From a bacterium (GTDB lineage: Bacteria > Bacteroidota > Bacteroidia > Bacteroidales > UBA3663): 64,000 nt of DNA. Shown piece by piece: positions 8,667 through 16,385 of the stretch. The first letter of the stretch is position 1. Every line of letters starts with the position of its first letter. The position numbers and the translations under genes are program-made. Where the stretch lies: positions 8,446 to 72,445 of the forward strand of contig CAVGQN010000005.1 in assembly GCA_963631395.1 (NCBI GenBank). Direction: 5' to 3'. Under the pieces are notes generated by a model, which saw nothing but the letters and a program-made list of their open reading frames with translations, searched no databases and was not told where the DNA came from.

Positions 8667-8909
8667 TTGGAATAAGGATAAAGATGTGGTTGTCTGATGC
8701 TTATAATATCGCTCCCTGTCAACTTCCTAAACATTATTCTTGATTACGGATTATTCTTATTGTTGTTTTAATTGATAATATAAGGGCGAAGGCAAGGAAT
8801 AATATATTGTTCTGGCTGAATTTGGCATATCCATGCGGCAAAATCATGGTATTTGCTGAAAGATTTTCTGTTTTTGCTCAGCGTTGTGTGGTTGTTAGGA
8901 AATTCTTTG

Positions 8910-8917
8910 TACCTTTG
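8910..8917 (+). promoter_or_regulatory. Candidate Bacteroidetes -7 promoter box TACCTTTG (TAnnTTTG)
   Basis: It is the only TAnnTTTG match on either strand in 8602-9046. Weak -33-like GTTG motifs lie ~20-25 bp upstream. It points away from the FHA operon in the orientation given. Confidence 0.3.
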
Positions 8918-8929
8918 TCCCGGGTAATT

Positions 8930-8946
8930 ATCTCTAAACAAAAGAT
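8930..8946. repeat. Right inverted-repeat / recombinase core-like site (ATCTC-TAAACAA-AAGAT)
   Basis: Read directly from the sequence. The spacer TAAACAA is the exact reverse complement of the site L spacer TTGTTTA. It lies ~100 bp from the stop of the tyrosine recombinase gene. Confidence 0.5.
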
Positions 8947-9046
8947 TTGGGAGATAGTGGATAGGATGTTCCTCGGTGTCGATGGATGCTGAGGTTCTTT
9001 TTAAAGAGACACTTCTTTTTAAATAGGAGTGGTTGCGTATCCTTGA

Positions 9047-10282
9047 TTACTGATTCAGCCTTTCTAGAATAGCCGCGTTGGCCTGATCTACGACCGAGGT
9101 ATCGAGACTGGCAAGATAGATTCTTGTCGTCGTTTCCGAGTTGTGCCCCATGCCCTCGCTGATTACGCTCAACGGAATGACTTCGGTTTGGGCAATGGAA
9201 GCCCAACTGTGACGTGCCACATACATGGTTAAGTGAATCCGAAGTTGGAGCAAGCCCGATATCTGTTTGAGACTTCGGTTAATGTTGTAGCCTACATTGA
9301 GATAGGCGTACCGCTCGTTGATGCCTACAGACTTGATGACGGGAAGCAGATAGGCGGATTCGTTTGTGGGGTATTTGTTCATGATGCGCTGCATGTCGTC
9401 GGTCCATTGGATGGTGAGCTGTTGGCCCGTCTTATGGCGACGGTAAGATATTCGCCCGTTCCTTAAGTCTGATTTCTTCAGATATGCCATATCTATGAAA
9501 CTCATGCCACGGAGATAGAAACTCATCATAAACATGTCGCGGGCAAAGTCCAGGGCGGGTGCGTGAGATAAATCCAAGTCTTTGATTTGTCTGACAACGG
9601 CCAAGGGTAAGGCTCTTTTGACGGTCTTGTCAATTCCGGTATAGATGCGCCGAAACGGCATGCGGTTTTCGATAACTCCGTCCTCGACAGCGCGGTTGTA
9701 TACGGCACGGAGGATGCGGGCATAAAAGGAAATGGTATTGGGAGTGACTCCCCGCTTGCGCTGCCATGCTTCGTATGCTTCCATAATTTTTGAGTCGAGG
9801 CAATCGAGCATCAAGTCTTCGCCTTGTCTGAATTTCCTGAAACTGTTGAGGGTGGCCCGATGCGTTTCGGCTGTTCTGATTTTCCCGTTCTTCTTTAGTC
9901 TGACAATGACGTTTTCCATATAGTTGAAGAGCGAGTACTCGTGCAGGTAGCTGACGAATTCGTCCACGACATCGTCGGCGGTGTAGGAATAGCCATCGAG
10001 GTCCAGCCGTCGAATGACTTTTGTCAGCCGTTCGACGTCTCCTCTGATGCGCTCGCGTATGGAAAGGACAATGGACTTGCGCTCGCTCTTGCGGGAGGTC
10101 GTAACCATACCACGTTTCTCATCCCATTCGGATGGGAATACGTGGTAGGAAGTTGACAACTGGCGCACTTTGCGCTCATGAATCACTTGATAATAGACAG
10201 TGCCTTCGCCATCTGCAACGGACGATGGCCGGAATTTAACTTTTATGGATGCCATAGGTATGTTGTTGTTTGACATTTCCAC
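9047..10282 (-). CDS. Site-specific tyrosine recombinase/integrase (Bacteroidetes type)
   Basis: 411 aa. Arm-binding-like N-terminus (MASIKVKFRPS...VYYQVIHERK), a SAM-like core-binding region, and a catalytic C-terminus with VARHSWAS and GHNSETTTRIYL (Tyr nucleophile context). Confidence 0.9.
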   Translation of the reverse strand: MEMSNNNIPMASIKVKFRPSSVADGEGTVYYQVIHERKVRQLSTSYHVFPSEWDEKRGMVTTSRKSERKSIVLSIRERIRGDVERLTKVIRRLDLDGYSYTADDVVDEFVSYLHEYSLFNYMENVIVRLKKNGKIRTAETHRATLNSFRKFRQGEDLMLDCLDSKIMEAYEAWQRKRGVTPNTISFYARILRAVYNRAVEDGVIENRMPFRRIYTGIDKTVKRALPLAVVRQIKDLDLSHAPALDFARDMFMMSFYLRGMSFIDMAYLKKSDLRNGRISYRRHKTGQQLTIQWTDDMQRIMNKYPTNESAYLLPVIKSVGINERYAYLNVGYNINRSLKQISGLLQLRIHLTMYVARHSWASIAQTEVIPLSVISEGMGHNSETTTRIYLASLDTSVVDQANAAILERLNQ

Positions 10283-10313
10283 AATGTGACAAAGTGGGGG
10301 ATTGTATAGAATG

Positions 10314-10356
10314 ACTGTGCGCCATACTGCTGGTATTCAGCGGTATGGCGCACAGT
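10314..10356 (-). terminator. Strong hairpin downstream of ftsZ (probable terminator of the dcw transcript)
   Basis: ACTGTGCGCCATACTGCTG-GTATT-CAGCGGTATGGCGCACAGT forms a 19-bp stem with one mismatch and a 5-nt loop. It lies 96 nt after the ftsZ stop. There is no clear U-tract. Confidence 0.5.
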
Positions 10357-10451
10357 ATTGAGTGATAAATGCTATTTTCCCCTGTTCGGTCGTTGCCGGG
10401 CGATGATGATGTCTGGCGGTGATGACGGTAGGATGATTATGTGAGTGATGA

Positions 10452-11693
10452 TTATCCGAAGATATTGCCCTCGACAGAGGTGCTGCCAGGCTGGCCCTGT
10501 GGAGCGGAACTAAGGCCGCACAAGTCATCATACGAACGGCTGTAGGCCGGCGAGTTTTCGAGGCGCGTAGCGAGCTGCTCGTCCGACAAGTCGTCCTTGT
10601 CGAAGATGTAGAAGTTCTTCCGAATCTGGTTCATCCGCATTTCCTCTTCCGTTTCCTCGTCGTAGTACGTGCCGATTTTGGCCTTCGTCTTCGTGGGTGT
10701 TTCTCTGATGTCATCTACCTCAAAGCCGGCTGCAAGTATGATGAAGCGCACTTTGTCTTCGAGGGTATCGTCTTGCAAAGCTCCCCAGATGACCTCGATG
10801 TCCGGCCTCAACTTGTCTACAAAGCGGGTCACTTCGTTCATTTCTTCCATCGACGGTTGACTTTGGGCCGAATAGCAGATTTCGAACAGCAGACGTTTGG
10901 CGTTCGTAATCTTGTTGTCTTGCAGCAATGGAGACACGATGGCCTCGTTGATGGCTTGCGTCACGCGGTTCTCGCCGGAGGCTTCGCCCATGGAAATCAA
11001 GGCTACGCCACTGTTCTCGAGCGTCTTCTTGACATCGGCAAAGTCGAGGTTGATATAACCGACCTTGTTGATGATGTCGGAGATGCTGCGCGTGGCTCGT
11101 GTCAGGGTGTCGTCGGCTTTCTTGAATGCATTGAAGAACTGCAGGTCCGGATAGATGTCTATGAGCCTGTTGTTGTTGACGACGAGAAGGGCATCCACAT
11201 ATTTGCGGATTTCCTCCACACCTCTTAGCGCCATCTCGATTTTCATCTGTCCCTCGAACTTGAACGGGATGGTCACGATGCCTATGGTGAGGATGCCCAT
11301 GTCGTGAGCTATTCTGGCTACGACGGGTGAAGCTCCCGTGCCTGTGCCGCCGCCCATGCCGGCTGTGATGAAGATCATCTTGGTCCCGTCGTCCAAGGCA
11401 TTGCGGATGGCCTCTTCATACTGGAGGGCGTACTCCCGCGCCTTTTCGGGCTGGGCACCTGCACCCAGTCCTTCGTCAGAGATCTGCAGTTTCTGCGGAA
11501 CGGGCGAGTCTTCGAGAGCAGCCCTATCGGTATTGATGATGAGGAAGGTCACGTCCTCAATACCTTCGTTGTACATATTGCGGACAGCGTTGGAACCGCC
11601 GCCGCCTACTCCGGCCACCTTGATGATAGATTTCAGTTGGTCGGCCGTTTCGGCATATCCGAACTGAAGGGTGTCTTGCGTATTGTTTTCCAT
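10452..11693 (-). CDS. ftsZ: Cell division GTPase FtsZ
   Basis: 413 aa with GVGGGGSNAV and the tubulin signature AGMGGGTGTGASP. It is the last gene of the dcw cluster. Confidence 0.95.
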   Translation of the reverse strand: MENNTQDTLQFGYAETADQLKSIIKVAGVGGGGSNAVRNMYNEGIEDVTFLIINTDRAALEDSPVPQKLQISDEGLGAGAQPEKAREYALQYEEAIRNALDDGTKMIFITAGMGGGTGTGASPVVARIAHDMGILTIGIVTIPFKFEGQMKIEMALRGVEEIRKYVDALLVVNNNRLIDIYPDLQFFNAFKKADDTLTRATRSISDIINKVGYINLDFADVKKTLENSGVALISMGEASGENRVTQAINEAIVSPLLQDNKITNAKRLLFEICYSAQSQPSMEEMNEVTRFVDKLRPDIEVIWGALQDDTLEDKVRFIILAAGFEVDDIRETPTKTKAKIGTYYDEETEEEMRMNQIRKNFYIFDKDDLSDEQLATRLENSPAYSRSYDDLCGLSSAPQGQPGSTSVEGNIFG

Positions 11694-11741
11694 ATTGTGG
11701 AGTTGCGACTGATTGTTATCTGATGTGAATGTTGATGCGGG

Positions 11742-12971
11742 TTAATTCTCATCCCCGCTTACGTGAAACAAATCATCGAAGATGGTGCGGGCAGCGCCCT
11801 TGAACAACATTGTTCCCTTCTTTTCCTTTTTGCCTGTCTCGTTGCTCTTGTCTGTTTCGACATTCGATGGCTGCACCGCTTTTTCTTCTTCAAAACAAGA
11901 GTCCGTGCAGTGGTCGAGCATCGTCATGAGCGAAGACATGGAGGGGTCGTTGTCGGAAGAGTTGTAGCATAGCGTGCTGCAACTTCGGGTGCTGATTGGG
12001 CTTATCTCCAACCGTTTCTCGAAGAGGTCGTGCAGGCCTTTCTGTACGGAACATCCGCCTGTCAACACGCATCCGCCTGTCAGTTGGCCTTTGTAGCCGG
12101 ATTGCTCCAGCTGATGGGTGATGTTGGCGATAATCTCTTCGTAGCGTGCTGCGACGATGACGTTCAGTTCTTTGGGCGGGATAGAGGACGGGCTTGCAGT
12201 GTTCTTGTCTGCCGGACGGGAAGCGTCGCTCCACATAATCTTCTGATTCTCAGCCTCTTCGACGCGCAGCCCTTTGGAAGCGATGTCGCGCGTCACGGCA
12301 TTGCCGCCGAGCGGAATGACGGTCAGGAAGCGCAACTTGCCTTCTTTCCAGATGGACATGGTGGTGAGTTGTGCGCCCATATCTACCAGCAATGTTCCAC
12401 CGGACCTTTCGTCTTCGGTCAGGATGTCGTTTTGCACAAGCGGCAGCACATGCCAGCCGGCTATCTTGAGACCGGCTTTCTCCATCACGCTTTGTATGCC
12501 CTGCCTAAGCCGGCTTTTGGCCAGGATGAGCTGATGATGCCCGATGACCTGTTGCCCGGAGACTTCCTCTCCGTTATTATAGAGGTCGATGATATCGTAG
12601 CCCGGGATGCTGAGGTGCCGGCTTTGGTCTTCCATCTGCTGTATGGTTTTTTCCGGGACAAACAACTCGTTGCCCAGAAGGGCAGACGGGCAGTACTCCA
12701 TACTGTGCATGGATATGCCGCAGATGCCGACATAAGCGGAACTCAGATTGACGTTGCCGTGCTCTTTGATGCGGTTGTTGAGTTTGCGCACAAGGTTTTT
12801 GATATGGACGGCGGCCTCGTCGGCATTGACGACCCATCCATGTCGGATGCACCCTGCAGTGGGGACAGACTCTACCGCCATCACGGTGTGGCGGCCTTTC
12901 TTGTCGATTTGGGCCACAGCGGCGCTGATGTGCGATGAACCGAACTGTATAGCGGCGGTTAAGGTTTCCAT
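11742..12971 (-). CDS. ftsA: Cell division protein FtsA (actin-like ATPase)
   Basis: 409 aa with actin-fold phosphate motifs (AIQFGSSHISAAVA, LLVDMGAQLTTMS, VLTGGCS) and a C-terminal amphipathic helix (MLFKGAARTIFDDLF). It sits between ftsQ and ftsZ. Confidence 0.9.
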   Translation of the reverse strand: METLTAAIQFGSSHISAAVAQIDKKGRHTVMAVESVPTAGCIRHGWVVNADEAAVHIKNLVRKLNNRIKEHGNVNLSSAYVGICGISMHSMEYCPSALLGNELFVPEKTIQQMEDQSRHLSIPGYDIIDLYNNGEEVSGQQVIGHHQLILAKSRLRQGIQSVMEKAGLKIAGWHVLPLVQNDILTEDERSGGTLLVDMGAQLTTMSIWKEGKLRFLTVIPLGGNAVTRDIASKGLRVEEAENQKIMWSDASRPADKNTASPSSIPPKELNVIVAARYEEIIANITHQLEQSGYKGQLTGGCVLTGGCSVQKGLHDLFEKRLEISPISTRSCSTLCYNSSDNDPSMSSLMTMLDHCTDSCFEEEKAVQPSNVETDKSNETGKKEKKGTMLFKGAARTIFDDLFHVSGDEN

Positions 12972-13017
12972 TCGAAATTATTTTGTTTTTTTATTTATAG
13001 CGTTTTTACGTTGTGTC

Positions 13018-13761
13018 TTATCGTTTTACGGCCACTACCTGGTCGTTGAATTTCAGGTTGATGGTCTTGTAGGTGTTCCATCCTTTCGTCTCCAGGACTT
13101 TTTTCTCGAAAACATCGTAACGGGCGAGTTTCTTCTCGAAATTGTCGATTGAACCCAACAGAATGGTGAAATCGCCTTTGCGCGGCACCAACCGGATGCT
13201 TTGGTCCTCATCGACATAAATCTGTACAATCCGGTGACGCCACTTCTTGTTTCCATTGAGGAACTTGGCAAACTCATAGAGCGGACCGGTGGCTGTCTCT
13301 TTCGTGACATAACCGGTGACGAGCGGGACGTTGACGGCGTGCCGTGTCGCCTTGTAGGGCATCAGCCGTCCGTCCGTGTCGAGGTAGACATCGGACGAAA
13401 GCCGGGTGCTCTTGATGCGCATGATGGGCTTGCGCTGATAGATGTCGATGCGCATCGTGCCGTTGGGCGTGGGATAGCAGTCGGCATTGCCAATCAGACT
13501 GTTCTGCTCCAGCACCTTCTCAAGACGATAGGCATTGAACTCCCTGATCTTCTTGCCAACAGGGTTCAGCGACACCGAACTGTGGATGATTCGCGTCACG
13601 TCGCGGTTGCCCACAAACTGGGATTCCGCACTGTCGCAGATGACCACGTCCAGTTTGCTGACCACTCGCTCCGGCTGCCCAATACGCCACACGTATCCGC
13701 ACACTGCCAGATAGGCAATGAGAACTATGACGCCGAATATCTTCAGTATGCGTTTGAACAT
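13018..13761 (-). CDS. ftsQ: Cell division protein FtsQ (POTRA-containing)
   Basis: 247 aa with an N-terminal TM helix (IFGVIVLIAYLAVCGYVW). Size and position between murC and ftsA fit FtsQ. Confidence 0.7.
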   Translation of the reverse strand: MFKRILKIFGVIVLIAYLAVCGYVWRIGQPERVVSKLDVVICDSAESQFVGNRDVTRIIHSSVSLNPVGKKIREFNAYRLEKVLEQNSLIGNADCYPTPNGTMRIDIYQRKPIMRIKSTRLSSDVYLDTDGRLMPYKATRHAVNVPLVTGYVTKETATGPLYEFAKFLNGNKKWRHRIVQIYVDEDQSIRLVPRKGDFTILLGSIDNFEKKLARYDVFEKKVLETKGWNTYKTINLKFNDQVVAVKR

Positions 13762-13872
13762 CTTACGGTTTTTATTTCAGCACTTCTTTGTTTCAGCACA
13801 TCTTTTTTATTTCAGATCCATCAACATAGGCCCTTATTTCAGCACTTTTATTTTAGTGCCTCATTTCAGCAC
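13762..13872. repeat. Five copies of the murC 3' terminus motif (minus strand GTGCTGAAAT[G/A]A), filling the murC-ftsQ gap
   Basis: Plus-strand ATTTCAGCAC is at 13774-13783, 13836-13845 and 13863-13872. The last copy is the real murC end. A shorter TTTCAGCAC copy lies at 13791-13799, and the variant ATTTCAGATC at 13809-13818. Confidence 0.8.
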
Positions 13873-15264
13873 CTCGTACACTTTGGGCACAAGCCGCTCG
13901 ATGTCGGTGCCTGCCCCCATCATGACGACTACGTCGAGGTCTCCTTTGGCGCGGAGTTCCTGCAAGTGGCTGACTACCTCGTTCGTGTCTATGACGTAGC
14001 GCTCCGCTTGTATGCCCTTCTTCGCATCTTCGGCTTTGATTTTGTCGAGCAGCCACTCGGAGGTAATGCCCGGGATGGGTTTTTCGCGAGCCGGATAGAT
14101 GGGGATGAGGATGGTGCGCTGCGGTATGCCCAAAGCCTGGGCAAAACCGTCGGCCAGGTCGTGTGTGCGTGAATAGAGGTGAGGCTGGAAGACGACGGTT
14201 ACCTTTCGGCCTTCGAACAGTCGGCCGACGGAGGTCAGACTAGCCCGAATCTCGTCGGGGTGGTGTGCGTAATCGTCGAGGAGCACGAGGTCCGAACGGT
14301 TGATGTAGAAGTCAAAGCGGCGCTTTGCCCCGCCGAAACTCTTCAGTCCCTCGCGGAGCTCTGTTTCTGTGCATCCGTTCAGCAGGCAGACGGTCAAGGC
14401 TGCCGTGGCATTGTCGACATTGACGGGCACGGGCACGCCGGGCTCGAGGTCGCGGAGTATTATTCCTTCCTTGCGGGCCACATAGTCGAAGCGTATAGTG
14501 CCGCCCCCGATGCGGATGTTGGTGGCGTAGTAGTCGGCCTCTTCGGTCGAAGAGTATTCGGCGTAGCGAGCGCTCGGGTTAAGCTGCGAGCAGTCGACCT
14601 TGATGCCCTTGTGCTTGAGCAGCATTCCGTCCGGACGAACCAGCGAGACGAAGTGAGCGAAACTCTCGCGGTAGGCTTCCTCCGTTCCGTAGATGTCGAG
14701 ATGGTCCGGGTCACAGGCCGTGATGACGGCCGTGTAAGGCGAGAGCGTATGGAACGAACGGTCGAACTCGTCGGCCTCGATGACCGTGAGGTCGCTCTTG
14801 TCAGACAGCATCAGGTTGGAGTCGTAGGGCTTCAGGATGCCGCCCAGGAAGGCGTTGCAGTCCACATGGCTTTGCTTGAGGATGTGCGCTATCATGCTCG
14901 AGGTCGTGGTCTTGCCGTGTGTGCCGGCCACGCAGATGCCGCGCTTCTCGCGGGTGATGATGCCGAGCAATTCGCTGCGCTTTACGACCTTGAATCCGTT
15001 CTGCTGAAAGTAGCAGAGTTCGCCGTGGTCTTTCGGAATGGCCGGCGTGTAGCAGACCAGCGTTTCTGCCGGATCTTTAAAACAAGGGTCTACGGCGTCG
15101 ATGTTGTCTTCGAAATGGATTTGTATTCCTTCGCGGATGAGCTGGTCGGTCAAGGTCGATGGAGTGCGGTCGTAGCCTCCTACCCGATAACTGTTTTCGT
15201 TGAAGTAACGTTCGAGCGCCGACATGCCGATGCCGCCTGCTCCTACAAAATATAGACTTTTCAT
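13861..15264 (-). CDS. murC: UDP-N-acetylmuramate--L-alanine ligase MurC
   Basis: 467 aa with FVGAGGIGMSALERY and the Mur ligase P-loop GTHGKTTTSSM. Confidence 0.95.
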   Translation of the reverse strand: MKSLYFVGAGGIGMSALERYFNENSYRVGGYDRTPSTLTDQLIREGIQIHFEDNIDAVDPCFKDPAETLVCYTPAIPKDHGELCYFQQNGFKVVKRSELLGIITREKRGICVAGTHGKTTTSSMIAHILKQSHVDCNAFLGGILKPYDSNLMLSDKSDLTVIEADEFDRSFHTLSPYTAVITACDPDHLDIYGTEEAYRESFAHFVSLVRPDGMLLKHKGIKVDCSQLNPSARYAEYSSTEEADYYATNIRIGGGTIRFDYVARKEGIILRDLEPGVPVPVNVDNATAALTVCLLNGCTETELREGLKSFGGAKRRFDFYINRSDLVLLDDYAHHPDEIRASLTSVGRLFEGRKVTVVFQPHLYSRTHDLADGFAQALGIPQRTILIPIYPAREKPIPGITSEWLLDKIKAEDAKKGIQAERYVIDTNEVVSHLQELRAKGDLDVVVMMGAGTDIERLVPKVYEVLK

Positions 15265-16370
15265 TTCTTTCCTTTCTCTTTGACGATTTCGATGACTATT
15301 TTGGCAATGGTTTCGGCAGCCCCGAAACGGCCGTGTTTGGCGGCATTCGCTTCAAATCGGTGTATTCGGTCTGTGTCGTTGATGAGGGCGATTGCCTCGT
15401 CCGTCAAACGTCGGGGAGCTTCGGCATCCGGACAAAGGATGGCAGCGTCTGCCTCCGAGAGAACCCGTGCGTTGGCTGTCTGATGGTCTTCGGCGGCTGT
15501 GGGTAGCGGAACAAAGATAGCTGCTTTGCCCAGCAGGCAGACCTCGTTGACACCGCCGGCACCGGATCGGGAGATGACGACATCGGCAGCGCGGTAGGCC
15601 ATGGCCATGTCGCTGACAAACACCGTGGGGTGTACGTGCTTTGCGCCCGAAGTACGGACGGCCTCTTCCCACTTTGTGCCGTCAGCCTTGCCGGTTTGCC
15701 AAAGCACCTGTATGCCTGACTTCTCCAACTTGTCGAGCCCTGCGGCAATGGCGTTGTTCACGCTGCGTGCTCCCAGGCTGCCGCCCGTGATGAAGAGCGT
15801 CTTGCGGTCCGGCTCCAAGCCCAGGGCAACACGTGCTTCTTGCGGTGTGGCCTTGCACTCCAGAAGTTTCTGCCGTACAGGATTGCCAGTCATGACGATG
15901 CGGTCGGCCGGGAAGAAGCGCTCCATGCCGGGATAGGCGACACATATCTTCTCGGCATCCTTGGCGAGCCGTTGGTTGGTCACGCCAGCGAAGCCGTTCT
16001 GCTCCTGCAGAATATAGGGAACGCCCAGCGAATGGGCGGCCTTAAGTGCTGCGGCACTCGCATAGCCGCCTACTCCGATGGCGATGTCCGGCTGGAAGTT
16101 GCGGATTATCTTCTTGGCGCTTTGTATGCTGCGGTACAAATCCCACAGCACCTTGACATTGCCGGGATGGAAGAGGGGGCGGATAAAGCCCCGTACCGGC
16201 AGTCCGATGATTTTGTAACCCTCGGCCGGTACTTTCTCCATCTCCATTCGGCCCAGCGCCCCGATGAAGAGGAACTCTGCGTCCGGGTCTGCCTCGCGAA
16301 TGGCATTGGCTATTGATACTGCGGGGAAGATGTGGCCACCCGTGCCACCTCCGCTTACGAGAACCTTCAT
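15261..16370 (-). CDS. murG: Lipid II N-acetylglucosamine transferase MurG
   Basis: 369 aa with SGGGTGGHIFPA and a GT28 C-terminal region (ITGGSLGA...). A 4-nt overlap links it to murC. Confidence 0.95.
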   Translation of the reverse strand: MKVLVSGGGTGGHIFPAVSIANAIREADPDAEFLFIGALGRMEMEKVPAEGYKIIGLPVRGFIRPLFHPGNVKVLWDLYRSIQSAKKIIRNFQPDIAIGVGGYASAAALKAAHSLGVPYILQEQNGFAGVTNQRLAKDAEKICVAYPGMERFFPADRIVMTGNPVRQKLLECKATPQEARVALGLEPDRKTLFITGGSLGARSVNNAIAAGLDKLEKSGIQVLWQTGKADGTKWEEAVRTSGAKHVHPTVFVSDMAMAYRAADVVISRSGAGGVNEVCLLGKAAIFVPLPTAAEDHQTANARVLSEADAAILCPDAEAPRRLTDEAIALINDTDRIHRFEANAAKHGRFGAAETIAKIVIEIVKEKGKK

Positions 16371-16385
16371 ATTGTTCTATTGGTT

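Noticed and set aside
8807-8992. 61-aa plus-strand ORF inside the candidate invertible segment
   Set aside because: It has no recognisable motif or signal and an odd composition. It spans site R, so it is more likely non-coding regulatory DNA.
9047-10282. The integrase as evidence of a prophage or conjugative element inside the window
   Set aside because: No other mobile-element genes are present, and I could not identify att direct repeats by eye. I kept it only as a lone recombinase or possible island edge.
10337-10531. 64-aa minus-strand ORF overlapping the ftsZ 3' end
   Set aside because: It overlaps ftsZ out of frame, and its product is H/R/A-rich low-complexity sequence. The region is better explained by the ftsZ C-terminus plus the terminator hairpin.
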